Source of the DNA: an uncultured Candidatus Saccharibacteria bacterium
Lineage (GTDB): Bacteria; Patescibacteriota; Minisyncoccia; Phycocordibacterales; UBA9973
Direction: 5' to 3'
DNA: 64,000 bases
Assembly: GCA_964634365.1 (NCBI GenBank)
Contig: CAZWJU010000002.1
Coordinates: forward strand, 32,069 to 96,068
Shown here: piece after piece, positions 45,651-55,832 of the stretch
Layout: each line of letters starts with the position of its first letter
Position numbering within the stretch: position 1 is the stretch's first letter
Notes under the pieces: generated by a model
Database searches by the model: none
Told to the model about the DNA's origin: nothing
Seen by the model: only the letters and a program-made list of their open reading frames with translations
Position numbers and translations under genes: made by a program

Positions 45651-46413
45651 AGATTTTGGTTAATATTTCAGGCTCTCCATCTGTTATCAAAACTGTATGT
45701 TCAAAGTGTGCGCTTTTCTTTTTATCTCTTGTAGAAACTGTATAACCATCATCTTCAAAAATAACTGCGTCACCGCCTTCATTTACCATAGGCTCAATCG
45801 CAACAACCATACCCGCTACCAACTTTTCTCCTTTACCGAGCTTGCCGAAATTTGGTATATATGGATCTTCGTGAATCGCACGCCCTACCCCGTGTCCCGC
45901 AAGTTCACGCACGATACCGTATTTGTATGGTTTTAAAAAACTTTCTATAGCGTGCCCTATATCTCCAGTTGTGTTACCCTCGATAGCTTTTTCTATTCCA
46001 ACATAAAGTGACTGTTCGGCAACAGAAAGTAATTTTTTAGATTTTAAATTAATCTTACCTACACCCACAGTACGAGCATGGTCAGTAAACATACCTTTGT
46101 AGTTCAGGCCTAGATCTAGAGAAACAACATCGCCCTCTTTTAAAACTCTACTACTTGGAATACCGTGAACTATTTCATCATTTACTGAAATACAGATTGT
46201 CGCAGGATATGGATAAGGCGCTCCGTCAGGCTGATAGTTCAAAAAAGCAGGTTTGCCACCGGCCTTTTTGATTAGTTCATACGCATATGTATCCAATTCA
46301 TCTGTGGTAACCCCTGGCTTTACTTTCTTGATGACAGAATCCAAGATCTTACCCAAAATCTTTCCACCTTCACGTAGAATTTCTATTTCTTTTTTTGTCT
46401 TAATTATTATCAC
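45649..46413 (-). CDS. map: Methionine aminopeptidase type I
   Basis: Conserved metal-ligand blocks (D..D..H..E..E) of the pita-bread fold; 254 aa. Confidence 0.9.
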   Translation of the reverse strand: MIIIKTKKEIEILREGGKILGKILDSVIKKVKPGVTTDELDTYAYELIKKAGGKPAFLNYQPDGAPYPYPATICISVNDEIVHGIPSSRVLKEGDVVSLDLGLNYKGMFTDHARTVGVGKINLKSKKLLSVAEQSLYVGIEKAIEGNTTGDIGHAIESFLKPYKYGIVRELAGHGVGRAIHEDPYIPNFGKLGKGEKLVAGMVVAIEPMVNEGGDAVIFEDDGYTVSTRDKKKSAHFEHTVLITDGEPEILTKI

Positions 46414-47002
46414 CTTTTAAAACTGAAATCTTTTTAACTAAATCTTCGTGGACCTTTTCAATAGGTTGCTCTCCATGAACATCTATAAAATGATATCCCG
46501 AATGATTTCTAAAATACTCTATAGCTGGCAAAACATCTCTGTCGTACCAATCGAGACGAGATTCTATGTACTCTTCTGTATCGTCACTTCTACCACGACT
46601 CATCATACGTTCCTTTGACCAATTCCTAGATACATTTATAGATATTACATAAGGTCTTTCCCTTTTATAAAAAGAAATCGCAGAATCAAGTACTGGTGCT
46701 TCTGAGGCACGACGAGCTAGACCGTCTAGTATCAAATCCTCTGTTCCACCAAACTGCTCTATCAGTGAGTCTGCCCAGATCCATACAGGTAAAAAAGGTG
46801 GTAGTAATCCCCCGTCTTTCATAACCTCTTTTGTCAGATTGGCTGTATAGTTATCTTTCTGGATAAAATCTCTAAACTTTTCGCCTGTTTCAAGGTAAAT
46901 AACCTTGCGATTTTTACCTTCTAAAAGCTCTTTTAATAGTTTTGCTTGTGTTCCCTTGCCAGATCCAGATCTACCAAAGAATATAAATGTTTGTGGGGGC
47001 AT
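46400..47002 (-). CDS. adk: Adenylate kinase
   Basis: P-loop FFGRSGSGKGTQ, position between secY and map. Confidence 0.8.
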   Translation of the reverse strand: MPPQTFIFFGRSGSGKGTQAKLLKELLEGKNRKVIYLETGEKFRDFIQKDNYTANLTKEVMKDGGLLPPFLPVWIWADSLIEQFGGTEDLILDGLARRASEAPVLDSAISFYKRERPYVISINVSRNWSKERMMSRGRSDDTEEYIESRLDWYDRDVLPAIEYFRNHSGYHFIDVHGEQPIEKVHEDLVKKISVLKGDNN

Positions 47003-47087
47003 AGTCGCATCGTATCATAAAAAACACTTTTATAAAAATAAAACCTAGAACTAAGTTCTAGGTTTTATTTTTCAAATTTTTATATAT

Positions 47088-48359
47088 TTAGTATTCTCTC
47101 ATTGAAAGCTGTGCATCAATTTTTTTGATTATGTCCAAAACAACCGAAACTACGATGAGTAGTGCTGTTCCTCCAATTGCAAGCTGTGTTATACCTGTAA
47201 CTTTCTGAATAACAAATGGAAATACTGCTACTAGACCTAAGAACAAAGCTCCTAGAAATGTTATACGAGTAACTATGTTACCTACATATTCTTCTGTTGC
47301 AGTTCCTGGTCTGATGCCTGGGATAAATGCTCCACCTTTTTGTAAGTTTGTAGCCATAGCATGTGGATCAAAAGTGACAGCCGTGTAAAAGTAAGTAAAC
47401 AAGAATACTAATACAAAGTAAGCAATTCCATACCATAGTGTTCCTCTAGAAAACAACAACATAAAGTCTGAAACTTTCAAAAGAAATCCTGATGTTGAAG
47501 TAGCTAAATAGTTACCTATAAGTTGAGGGAATAAAAGTATTGATAGAGCAAATATTATAGGAATAACTCCAGCTTGGTTTACGCGTAGTGGTATATAAGT
47601 AGAAGCTCCTTGTGTTACAGCATTACCTCTTGATTGTTTTGCATATGTAACAGGAATAGGTCTTTCAGCTTCAGTAATGTATATGACTCCGATAACCATC
47701 AAAATACCAGCTAGTATAAACAGTATATAAAATGGTATTTGAGACGGATCAAAAGAAAACAATATCTGACTGATTTCTGTAGGCACAGATGCTACTATAC
47801 CAGCAAAAATTATAACTGAAACACCATTACCTATACCGAATTCTGTGATAAGCTCACCAATCCACATCAAGAGCATAGACCCTGCAATAATCACAACTAT
47901 GCTAGTTATAAGATCAAATAATCCAAGTGTAGGCAAGACTCCTTGGCGAGCAAGTATTACCAAAAGACTAAAACCTTGTACAGCAGCAAGTGGAACTGTT
48001 AATAGTCTTGAATATTGAGTGAAGCGCTTTCTTCCAATCTCCCCCTCTTCTTGGTACATCTCTTTTAGTCGAGGGATCATCAGAGTAAGAAGTTGCATTA
48101 TTATGGATGCTGTAATATAAGGCCCGACACCAAGCATTATTATAGATAGATTTGAAAGACCTCCTCCAGAGAATATATTTATTATCCCCAAAAATTGGTT
48201 ATTTGCTAGCAAAGAAGCCAAGCGAGATGTATCTATTCCAGGAACTGGAATAGCAGCTAAAACTCTAAAAGCCGCCAGCATTAACACAGTAAACAATATT
48301 CGCTTTCTTAGTTGTTTATCAGTAAATATTTTATGTATTTTTTGCCAGAACTTTGTCAT
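47088..48359 (-). CDS. secY: Preprotein translocase SecY
   Basis: 10 TM, 423 aa, conserved SecY blocks. Confidence 0.95.
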   Translation of the reverse strand: MTKFWQKIHKIFTDKQLRKRILFTVLMLAAFRVLAAIPVPGIDTSRLASLLANNQFLGIINIFSGGGLSNLSIIMLGVGPYITASIIMQLLTLMIPRLKEMYQEEGEIGRKRFTQYSRLLTVPLAAVQGFSLLVILARQGVLPTLGLFDLITSIVVIIAGSMLLMWIGELITEFGIGNGVSVIIFAGIVASVPTEISQILFSFDPSQIPFYILFILAGILMVIGVIYITEAERPIPVTYAKQSRGNAVTQGASTYIPLRVNQAGVIPIIFALSILLFPQLIGNYLATSTSGFLLKVSDFMLLFSRGTLWYGIAYFVLVFLFTYFYTAVTFDPHAMATNLQKGGAFIPGIRPGTATEEYVGNIVTRITFLGALFLGLVAVFPFVIQKVTGITQLAIGGTALLIVVSVVLDIIKKIDAQLSMREY

Positions 48360-48364
48360 ATTTT

Positions 48365-48808
48365 TTATTTGCGGATCTCTCCTCCAGTTGCAGCTATCTT
48401 AGATTTTGCTGACTCTGAAACTAGTATTTTAGAAAAGATTATTTTCTTAGTTATTTCACCTGTACCTAATAGTTTAACTTTTGGTGTAACACCACGAATG
48501 CGTTTTACAAGTTTCTTTTCAAGCAGTATAGCTGGCGTAACAATATCTCCTGCTTTGAAATTTGCCTCGATCGCAGATAGATTTACAACTGCTGGTTTAA
48601 GCTCGAAACTAACGAAACTGTTCTTGCCACGACCACGAAGTTTAGGAAGTTTTTTTATGATATCTCGAATATGAGGGCGTCTTTTATTACCTGCGCGTGC
48701 TTTCTGACCCTTTGTTCCGCGTCCAGAAGTTTTACCACGAGTACCACCACGGCCAACTTGAGCGCTTTTCTTGTTTGGTGTATTTCTTTTTAGTTTGTGT
48801 ATTTGCAT
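48365..48808 (-). CDS. rplO: 50S ribosomal protein L15
   Basis: Gly/Arg/Lys-rich N-terminus, L15 family. Confidence 0.9.
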   Translation of the reverse strand: MQIHKLKRNTPNKKSAQVGRGGTRGKTSGRGTKGQKARAGNKRRPHIRDIIKKLPKLRGRGKNSFVSFELKPAVVNLSAIEANFKAGDIVTPAILLEKKLVKRIRGVTPKVKLLGTGEITKKIIFSKILVSESAKSKIAATGGEIRK

Positions 48809-48819
48809 AAAGTTTTAAA

Positions 48820-49461
48820 TTATTGCTGTACGTATGATTGAACTTCTTCTACAGGAGCAACACGTTTCTTTGTAGCAATAAGTGACAAAGCTTTTAAAGT
48901 AGCTTGCGCGTTGTTTAATCTATTTTTACTTCCTGAATGAATTTTACCTGTAACATTCTTTAGGCCAGCTAATATTACGATATCACGAACAGTACTACCT
49001 GCAACTATTCCGTGTCTTTTGTTTGGAGAAACCTTAATTCTTGAACTTGCAAATTTAGCTTCAACTTCATGAGGGATAGACATTTCTTTAGTTGTCTTGA
49101 TTGTGATCATGTTCTTTCTAGCATTCTTTAGAGCTTTAGATATAGCAAGTGCTGTATCTGTAGCCTTTCCTGTACCAAAGCCCACTGAGCCTTTTTTGTC
49201 TCCTATAACCATAGCTACAGAAAAACTCATACGACGCCCTCCTGCTACCACACGAGTAACACGACGAATATCAATAATCTTTTGATCAAATTCTGGTTTT
49301 GGTCTAGAAAAACCTCCACTTCTTCCACCAGAGCGATTACCTCCGCGACCTCTTGGTGCTCCACGAGATCCGCCTTCCCTTTTTTGAGGAACAACAGCTT
49401 CTTTGACAGATTCTGTTGTTACAACTTCAGGTGTTATGTTTTTGTTATCTTCTGTATCCAT
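48820..49461 (-). CDS. rpsE: 30S ribosomal protein S5 (with Gly/Arg-rich N-terminal extension)
   Basis: RVTRVVAGGRRMSFSVAMVIGDKKGSVGFGTGKA core. Confidence 0.9.
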   Translation of the reverse strand: MDTEDNKNITPEVVTTESVKEAVVPQKREGGSRGAPRGRGGNRSGGRSGGFSRPKPEFDQKIIDIRRVTRVVAGGRRMSFSVAMVIGDKKGSVGFGTGKATDTALAISKALKNARKNMITIKTTKEMSIPHEVEAKFASSRIKVSPNKRHGIVAGSTVRDIVILAGLKNVTGKIHSGSKNRLNNAQATLKALSLIATKKRVAPVEEVQSYVQQ

Positions 49462-49470
49462 ATAATTAGT

Positions 49471-49821
49471 TTAAAAAATTAATCCTCCTTCTCGAGCTTT
49501 ATCAGCAAGAAGTTTTACGCGCCCAGTATATTTAAATCCATTTCTATCAAAAACAACAGTTTTTATACCCTTTTCGATAGCGATTTTAGCAATCTCTTTT
49601 CCAACATTTATTGCTCTTTCGTTCTTTGTACCCTTTTCTATTTTTACATCAGAAAAAGAAGCTAGAGTTGTGCCTTTTGTATCATCAATAAGCTGCGCAT
49701 AGATAAACTTGTTTGAACGAAAAACCGACAAGCGTGGACGTTCTGCTGTACCACTTATCTTGATTTTGATCTTTCGCTTTATGCGATTTCTCTTTTCTGT
49801 TTTTTTGTTTACTGTTTTCAT
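49471..49821 (-). CDS. rplR: 50S ribosomal protein L18
   Basis: Canonical L18, 116 aa. Confidence 0.9.
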   Translation of the reverse strand: MKTVNKKTEKRNRIKRKIKIKISGTAERPRLSVFRSNKFIYAQLIDDTKGTTLASFSDVKIEKGTKNERAINVGKEIAKIAIEKGIKTVVFDRNGFKYTGRVKLLADKAREGGLIF

Positions 49822-49826
49822 ATATT

Positions 49827-50360
49827 TTATGCAGATTTCTTACCTTGTTTTCGGCGAATAGTTTCTGTGTCATAGCGGAATCCTTTACCCTTATATGGTT
49901 CAGGTTTTTTCATCATGCGAATTTTAGCTGTAAATTGACCTACGAGCTCTTTGTCTATTCCAGATACAGTAATAACATTTTTTTCAGCAGTAATAGTGAG
50001 ACCTGTTGGTATTGGAACAACTACAGGATGAGAGAATCCTAGTGCTAGGTTTAGATTTTGACCAGATACTTCTGATTTAAATCCAACTCCTTCCAGGATC
50101 AATTTCTTTGAAAACATTTCTGTCACACCAATAATCATATTCTCAACATGAGAAGCATATGTTCCCCATAATGCTCTACTGAATACCGTATCTTTTCTTG
50201 GAGAAAAAGTTATTACTCCGTCTTCGATCTTTATTTCTATATCATCTCTGAAATTTTTTGTGATAGTTCCTTTTGGACCTGTAACTGTGCAAAGACCATC
50301 AACGCAATTGACTGTTACTCCAGATACGATTTTAAGTTGTTTTTTTCCTACGCGTGACAT
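49827..50360 (-). CDS. rplF: 50S ribosomal protein L6
   Basis: [11 protein letters not shown]... start at 50360 (ORF-track extension overlaps rpsH). Confidence 0.9.
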   Translation of the reverse strand: MSRVGKKQLKIVSGVTVNCVDGLCTVTGPKGTITKNFRDDIEIKIEDGVITFSPRKDTVFSRALWGTYASHVENMIIGVTEMFSKKLILEGVGFKSEVSGQNLNLALGFSHPVVVPIPTGLTITAEKNVITVSGIDKELVGQFTAKIRMMKKPEPYKGKGFRYDTETIRRKQGKKSA

Positions 50361-50373
50361 AAATCTTTTGTTA

Positions 50374-50760
50374 TTACCACATTTTAAATAACACTTCTCC
50401 TCCGACCAATTGTTTCTTTGCATTTACTCCAGACAATATACCTTTTGGAGTTGATAGAACAACGATTCCAAAACCATTCTTTATTGGTCTGATATCTTTT
50501 GATCCCATATACATTCTGCGAGAAGGCTTTGAAATTCTAGAAACATCACTTATACGAGGAGAACCATCTCTGTAAGAAAGCTCTATTTCAAGAGTTGGGT
50601 GAGTTTTCTCAGTCTTCTTTGTAACTGATTTTATATACCCTTCATTAACCAAGCATTCTAAAATTGCTAGTTTTATTTGTGAAAAAGGAACACTAACACT
50701 CTCGTGCTCTGCACGATTAGCATTCTTTAACTTTATTAACATGTCTGCGATTGGATCCAT
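50374..50760 (-). CDS. rpsH: 30S ribosomal protein S8
   Basis: MDPIADMLIKLKNA... canonical S8. Confidence 0.9.
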   Translation of the reverse strand: MDPIADMLIKLKNANRAEHESVSVPFSQIKLAILECLVNEGYIKSVTKKTEKTHPTLEIELSYRDGSPRISDVSRISKPSRRMYMGSKDIRPIKNGFGIVVLSTPKGILSGVNAKKQLVGGEVLFKMW

Positions 50761-50786
50761 AGTGATTTTATTATTGAATTACTCTT

Positions 50787-50972
50787 CTACCAGCTAGATT
50801 TGCGGATACCTGGAATTTTACCTTCATTTGCAAGCTCTCTAAAGCAAATACGACAAACTCCGAAATCACCCATAAAACCTCTTGTACGACCACAACGAAA
50901 ACATCGATTTACTTTTCGAGTACTAAATTTTGGTTTTCTATTTGAGCGTGCGACTGTTGATTTTTTAGCCAT
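50787..50972 (-). CDS. rpsZ: 30S ribosomal protein S14 type Z (zinc-binding, 61 aa)
   Basis: CFRCGRTRG...CRICFRE zinc ribbon. Confidence 0.9.
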   Translation of the reverse strand: MAKKSTVARSNRKPKFSTRKVNRCFRCGRTRGFMGDFGVCRICFRELANEGKIPGIRKSSW

Positions 50973-51164
50973 ATATATAAAAGCCTTAAATATAAGGGAA
51001 TATCTCGTGTCTTTTCTTAAATCAGCTCAAAAATGAGCAAACTCAAGGAGAAACACGGATTCACCAAATATCTATGGGCTTCGCCTATACTAGCAAAATA
51101 AAGATTTTGTGTCAAATAATATAAAATCCCACACGCTTTATGTAGGATTTTATATATTTTATAT

Positions 51165-51542
51165 TTATGCAGAAGCTAGATCTTTCTTTAGATCTTCGAT
51201 TTTGCCTTGCGTTACAGCATCATCAACCTCTTTAACTTGTGCCTCAAGAGCATTCATTTCTTCTTCAAAGAATTTAACGCTATTGTCTAAATCCTTTTCT
51301 ACTTCATCTATATCAGCCTCAGCCTTAGAAACAATTGATGCAACTTCAGGATTTTTTGGATCAGCGACTATTCCCGCCTCGGCAAAAGACTTATCGAGTT
51401 CACTATCAATTAACGCTTGAACCTCGTCGAGTACTGCCGGAGTAATAGCTCTTGATGTTAGCAGAGAGATTGCTTTTGCCTTTTGTTCTGGTGGAAGAAC
51501 ATCAGAATTTTTTATTTCATTTATATAATCATCTAGTGTCAT
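51165..51542 (-). CDS. Hypothetical acidic coiled-coil protein inserted in the ribosomal cluster
   Basis: 125 aa, highly acidic, heptad-rich; followed by its own terminator hairpin (51118-51150). Confidence 0.5.
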   Translation of the reverse strand: MTLDDYINEIKNSDVLPPEQKAKAISLLTSRAITPAVLDEVQALIDSELDKSFAEAGIVADPKNPEVASIVSKAEADIDEVEKDLDNSVKFFEEEMNALEAQVKEVDDAVTQGKIEDLKKDLASA

Positions 51543-51544
51543 AA

Positions 51545-52570
51545 TTATATAGCTACTTGTGAATTATTTGTTACTACGACTTTGCTTAGACCCTCTCTCA
51601 AAGAAACAAGTTTCTCAGCTTTTTCTTTTATTGCATTTAGTCTAGCCTGCTTAGCTTCTTCGAGGTTTCCTGCAACCATCGAATCTTTAGCAATTTCTTT
51701 GTCTAACTCTCTCATTTTGTAAGCTATAATCTCGTCTTTTAGTCTCATTTTTATTCTGTTAACTTCAGCGCTAGCAAAATTGCCTGCCTCAGTCATAAAA
51801 TTATTAAGTCTTCTAAACTGATTGAATATACTGTCCTGCATTCTCTCAAGCCCTTCTTTTGTTCTTTCTGCTTTATAAGCGGCAACTGAAGCTATCAAAA
51901 CAGCTTTCTCTTCTGTAAATCTCTTTGTTGCTTTTGCTTTTTCAGCAATCCAATTACCTAAACCAACTACACCACCCTCTATTTTATCAAAAGCTTTATC
52001 ATACATATTGTCTACAAAACCAATACCTTTATCTAGCTTATTTGATCCAGCAGTTAGCCCAGCTTCTATAATCTTGTCTGTAGACAAAACAGCAATGGAA
52101 ATATTTTTTGGTATTTCATATCCAAAATCTTTTATTTTTCTAAAGAAATTACCTAATTTGCTACCCACACTTGAAATACGAGTTTTTGCATTTTCTTTTA
52201 TACCGGAAATTTTCTGACTTATTATTTCATATCTTTTTTCGCCAACTGAAAGAATACTTTCTGTTTTATCTGTCGGCATAGTAGCAGATTCTAGGGCTGC
52301 ACTCGGTATTGGATTTTCTATATTTAAAGGTTCTTGAGCTTGTGTATACGCTTCTATATTTTTTGGTGACTCTTCTTCAGCCTTATTTTCGCTGATACTA
52401 GAAATGCGTTTATTTATATTTTCTAGATTTTGCTTTGCAATTAAAAGTTCGGACTCTTTTTGAGCAACTGCTTGTTCTGCGGCTGACTTCTCAGCCAAAA
52501 GAGCTTGTAGTTCAATAGGGCTAATATTTTCGTTTGTATCAACTGAATTAATATCCATATTTATATTCAT
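51545..52570 (-). CDS. Hypothetical long coiled-coil protein inserted in the ribosomal cluster
   Basis: ~340 aa from an internal Met (MNINMDIN..). The ORF-track N-terminus runs through the rplE terminator hairpin and is not coding. Confidence 0.5.
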   Translation of the reverse strand: MNINMDINSVDTNENISPIELQALLAEKSAAEQAVAQKESELLIAKQNLENINKRISSISENKAEEESPKNIEAYTQAQEPLNIENPIPSAALESATMPTDKTESILSVGEKRYEIISQKISGIKENAKTRISSVGSKLGNFFRKIKDFGYEIPKNISIAVLSTDKIIEAGLTAGSNKLDKGIGFVDNMYDKAFDKIEGGVVGLGNWIAEKAKATKRFTEEKAVLIASVAAYKAERTKEGLERMQDSIFNQFRRLNNFMTEAGNFASAEVNRIKMRLKDEIIAYKMRELDKEIAKDSMVAGNLEEAKQARLNAIKEKAEKLVSLREGLSKVVVTNNSQVAI

Positions 52571-52604
52571 AAGCAATATTGTATACCGTTTATGATATAA
52601 AACA

Positions 52605-52632
52605 AAATAGAAAAAATCCCCAGAGGGGATTT
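52605..52632 (-). terminator. Intrinsic terminator (AAAAATCCCC aga GGGGATTTTT) directly after rplE
   Basis: Read directly. Confidence 0.65.
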
Positions 52633-52649
52633 TTTCTTTCAAAATGTTT

Positions 52650-53189
52650 TTATTTCTTAAATGGAAAACCTAGGAGTGTAAAGAATTCTAGTGCTTCTTC
52701 TTTTGTTTTTGCACTTGTTACTATTGTAACAGCGAGACCAAAAACATCTTTTAGCTCTTCGTCCCCTGTTTCTGGGAAAATAGTGTGTTCACGTATTGGC
52801 AGAGTTAGATTTCCAATGCTGTCTACAATCTTTGTATCAACACCTCGAAAGTCTTTCATACGAGGAATAGCAACGTTTGTAAGCTTATCTAAAAATCCAT
52901 ACATGCGAGCTCCGCGTAGAGTAACCATAACTCCAACTGGATCACCTTGTCTAACTTTAAAACTAGCAATAGATTTCTTTGCGCTCTTTGTTGCAGGCTT
53001 TTGACCTGTGATCTTTGCAAGACGTCCGATTATAAATTCGTTACGATTTTTATCTTTTTTAATTCCACTACCTGTACCAGACGCAACTATAACTTTCAAT
53101 AGACGAGGTGATGCAAGGCGGTTTTTGTAACCACGCTTAGCTTTCATAATCTCGTATGCTTTTTCTTCTTTTATCTTTATTGGTTCCAT
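52650..53189 (-). CDS. rplE: 50S ribosomal protein L5
   Basis: Canonical L5, 179 aa. Confidence 0.9.
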   Translation of the reverse strand: MEPIKIKEEKAYEIMKAKRGYKNRLASPRLLKVIVASGTGSGIKKDKNRNEFIIGRLAKITGQKPATKSAKKSIASFKVRQGDPVGVMVTLRGARMYGFLDKLTNVAIPRMKDFRGVDTKIVDSIGNLTLPIREHTIFPETGDEELKDVFGLAVTIVTSAKTKEEALEFFTLLGFPFKK

Positions 53190-53191
53190 AA

Positions 53192-53443
53192 TTATTTTTT
53201 AGCTTTTTTAGGTTTTGCTACTGCATCACTCTTAAGCTTAACATTTGATGCATGTATTGGTAGAGAAATTTCGACTACTTGCCCTTTTGCACCTCTTGCA
53301 CGACTGCGGATATGTTTTTTCTTTTTGTTTATACCATCAACAACAACCTTGTTTTCACTAGGAATAACCTTCAAAACAGACCCGTTTTTGCCTTTGTCTT
53401 TACCTGTTAACACTATTACATTGTCTCCTTTCTTGATTTTCAT
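53192..53443 (-). CDS. rplX: 50S ribosomal protein L24
   Basis: MKIKKGDNVIVLTGKDKGK KOW motif. Confidence 0.9.
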   Translation of the reverse strand: MKIKKGDNVIVLTGKDKGKNGSVLKVIPSENKVVVDGINKKKKHIRSRARGAKGQVVEISLPIHASNVKLKSDAVAKPKKAKK

Positions 53444-53468
53444 AATTTTTTTTATTAAAAGATTCTTT

Positions 53469-53840
53469 TTATAGAACCTCTGGAGCTAGAGATATTATCT
53501 TCTGATAACCTCTCTCAGCCAATTCACGAGGTATTGGGCCGAATATACGCCCTGCTTTTGGTTCAAGCTTACCTTTTTCAAGGATTACAACTGCATTATC
53601 ATCAAATCTTATATATGAACCATCCTTTCTTCGAAATGCGTTAGTTGTACGCACTACTACAGCCTGGTGAACATCCTTTTTCTTTACAGCTTTGCGAGGT
53701 TCTGCGATTTTAACTGAGATAATCACAACATCCCCTATGCGAGCATAGCGTCTGTGTGAAGCACCGAGTACTTTGAAAATCTTCCCGATCTTTCCTCCGG
53801 CATTGTCTGTTATTTTTACAACTGATCCATCTTGAAGCAT
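53469..53840 (-). CDS. rplN: 50S ribosomal protein L14
   Basis: MLQDGSVVKITDNAGGK.. canonical. Confidence 0.9.
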   Translation of the reverse strand: MLQDGSVVKITDNAGGKIGKIFKVLGASHRRYARIGDVVIISVKIAEPRKAVKKKDVHQAVVVRTTNAFRRKDGSYIRFDDNAVVILEKGKLEPKAGRIFGPIPRELAERGYQKIISLAPEVL

Positions 53841-53866
53841 AAAATTATTTTAAAAAATTAAGGTTA

Positions 53867-54112
53867 TTATTTGATGATTTTAAAATGCTTATCCTTTGAA
53901 ATAGGAGAACATTCTTCAATCATTACTGTTGATCCGACCACAGCACTATTGTCTTCATCGTGTGCTTTATATTTTTTTGAAACTTTAATGTATTTCTGAT
54001 ATTTAGGGTGCTTATTGAAATTTGACACTGAAACAACCGCAGTTTTGTCCATTTTGTTTGATACAACTACGCCACTCAAAACCTTATTCTTTTTTTTGAT
54101 TTCTGTTTTCAT
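53867..54112 (-). CDS. rpsQ: 30S ribosomal protein S17
   Basis: 81 aa, S17 OB fold. Confidence 0.85.
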   Translation of the reverse strand: MKTEIKKKNKVLSGVVVSNKMDKTAVVSVSNFNKHPKYQKYIKVSKKYKAHDEDNSAVVGSTVMIEECSPISKDKHFKIIK

Positions 54113-54117
54113 ATGGT

Positions 54118-54300
54118 TTATGACTTACGCAAGCGTAATTCTGTTAAAATACGTGCGATTTTTCTTCTTGTATTGCGACCTGCGCGAACATCTTTTGTCT
54201 TTGCGCCAGAAAGATTGAAATTGAAACTTGAAAGAGTCTCACGAGCATCTACGAGTTCTTTTTCAATATCTTCTGTTTTTATATCTTTCATCTTTTTCAT
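54118..54300 (-). CDS. rpmC: 50S ribosomal protein L29
   Basis: 60 aa helical, L29 family. Confidence 0.8.
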   Translation of the reverse strand: MKKMKDIKTEDIEKELVDARETLSSFNFNLSGAKTKDVRAGRNTRRKIARILTELRLRKS

Positions 54301-54305
54301 AAATT

Positions 54306-54728
54306 TTACAATTCGCGACTTACTACCTTAGTCTTCATAGGAAGCTTTGTTCCAGCCTTACGTAATGCTTCACGAGCAATTTTCTCATCAACACCGTCGA
54401 CTTCGAAAATAACACGTCCTGGTCTAACTTCAAAGCAGTATCCTTGCAAATCTCCCTTTCCTTTTCCCATACCCACTTCTGGTGGTTTTGCTGTTACAGG
54501 ACGATCAGGAAATATTCGGATCCATACACGACCAGTCTTACCAAGTGCACGAGTCATTGCCTTACGAGCAGATTCGATTTGGTTTGACATAACACGAGCA
54601 CTGCTTGTTGCCTTGATTCCATAAGAACCGAAGGACACAGAAGTACCTCTCGTATCACTTCCGAGCTTTGAGATATCTTTACGTGCACGTTGCCATTTTC
54701 GATGTTTTACTTTCTTTGGGACTAACAT
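54306..54728 (-). CDS. rplP: 50S ribosomal protein L16
   Basis: MLVPKKVKHRKWQR.. canonical. Confidence 0.9.
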   Translation of the reverse strand: MLVPKKVKHRKWQRARKDISKLGSDTRGTSVSFGSYGIKATSSARVMSNQIESARKAMTRALGKTGRVWIRIFPDRPVTAKPPEVGMGKGKGDLQGYCFEVRPGRVIFEVDGVDEKIAREALRKAGTKLPMKTKVVSREL

Positions 54729-54743
54729 AAATTTAAATTAAAA

Positions 54744-55409
54744 TTATTTCTTATCTTTTTGAAAAACTTGTCCGCGATAAATCCAAACCTTAATACCGAC
54801 ATCTCCATAAGGTAGATGTGCTTTTTCGCGCGCAAAATCAATATCAGCTCTGAAAGTTTGTAGTGGGATTGAACCACGCTTTATTTCTTCACTTCTAGCA
54901 ATTTCTGCTCCTCCTAATCTTCCCCCCACAACTATACGTGCTCCTTCAACACCTCTTACAGACATAACTTTTTCAATTGTCTGTTTCAATACACGTCTGT
55001 AAGGAAGTCTTTTTTCTAGACCTTCCGCAATCATATAAGCAACGATGGTTGCGTCTGCTTCTGGTTGAGCAACTTCAACTATATCAATCTTTATCTCTTC
55101 AGATGGTTTAATTCCTAGTTTGTTTATCTCTTTAATTATGTCTGCTTTTAGTTTTATTGAACCCTCTCCGTTTCTACCAATAAGCACACCAGGTCTAGAT
55201 GTTCGGATTATTATACGAAAAGCTTTTTGATTTCTCTCAACTTCGATAGATGAAACATAAGAACCGCGAAGTCTCTTTTCTAGGTATTCACGTATTAAAA
55301 CATCAACACGCAAGAAGTCTACATATTTCTTACCACTAGCAAACCAGCGAGATTTCCAATCTCTGAGTATTACTAGGCGATGTGCATATGGGTGGACAAT
55401 TTTTGACAT
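54744..55409 (-). CDS. rpsC: 30S ribosomal protein S3
   Basis: KH domain plus S3-C; 221 aa. Confidence 0.9.
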   Translation of the reverse strand: MSKIVHPYAHRLVILRDWKSRWFASGKKYVDFLRVDVLIREYLEKRLRGSYVSSIEVERNQKAFRIIIRTSRPGVLIGRNGEGSIKLKADIIKEINKLGIKPSEEIKIDIVEVAQPEADATIVAYMIAEGLEKRLPYRRVLKQTIEKVMSVRGVEGARIVVGGRLGGAEIARSEEIKRGSIPLQTFRADIDFAREKAHLPYGDVGIKVWIYRGQVFQKDKK

Positions 55410-55428
55410 AAATTATTATTTAAAAATA

Positions 55429-55830
55429 TTATTCAGTTACTTTTTTAGTCTTTTTTGATACTGCTTTCTTGACTACTGAAGTCTTAGCTTTCTTTACTTT
55501 CTCTGCCTTTTCAGATAATACAAGCAAAACGTGACTTGATCTCTTGTTTATACGAGAAGCAGAACCACGTGCACGAGGCATGAAGCGCTTCATAGTCACT
55601 CCTTTGTCTACTCTAATATCTGAAACTACAAGGTTTTCTTTTTTTATACCAGAATTCTGTGTTGCGTTTGCAATAGCTGAGCGCAATAAAACCAAAATTG
55701 GTGTTGCTGCGCGTTTAGGCAAAAAAGACAAAGCTAGTTCAGCATCTCCTACTTTTTTACCTTTAATCAAATCCGCAACTAGGCGAACCTTTCTAGGTGA
55801 TTGTCTGTAATTTGGGATTGAAGCCTTCAT
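55429..55830 (-). CDS. rplV: 50S ribosomal protein L22
   Basis: Canonical L22 with Lys-rich C-tail. Confidence 0.85.
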   Translation of the reverse strand: MKASIPNYRQSPRKVRLVADLIKGKKVGDAELALSFLPKRAATPILVLLRSAIANATQNSGIKKENLVVSDIRVDKGVTMKRFMPRARGSASRINKRSSHVLLVLSEKAEKVKKAKTSVVKKAVSKKTKKVTE

Positions 55831-55832
55831 AA

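Noticed and set aside
51545-52642. N-terminal 24 codons of the 365-aa ORF
   Set aside because: They translate the rplE terminator hairpin (AAAAATCCCCAGAGGGGATTTTT), so the real start must be an internal Met around 52570/52558.
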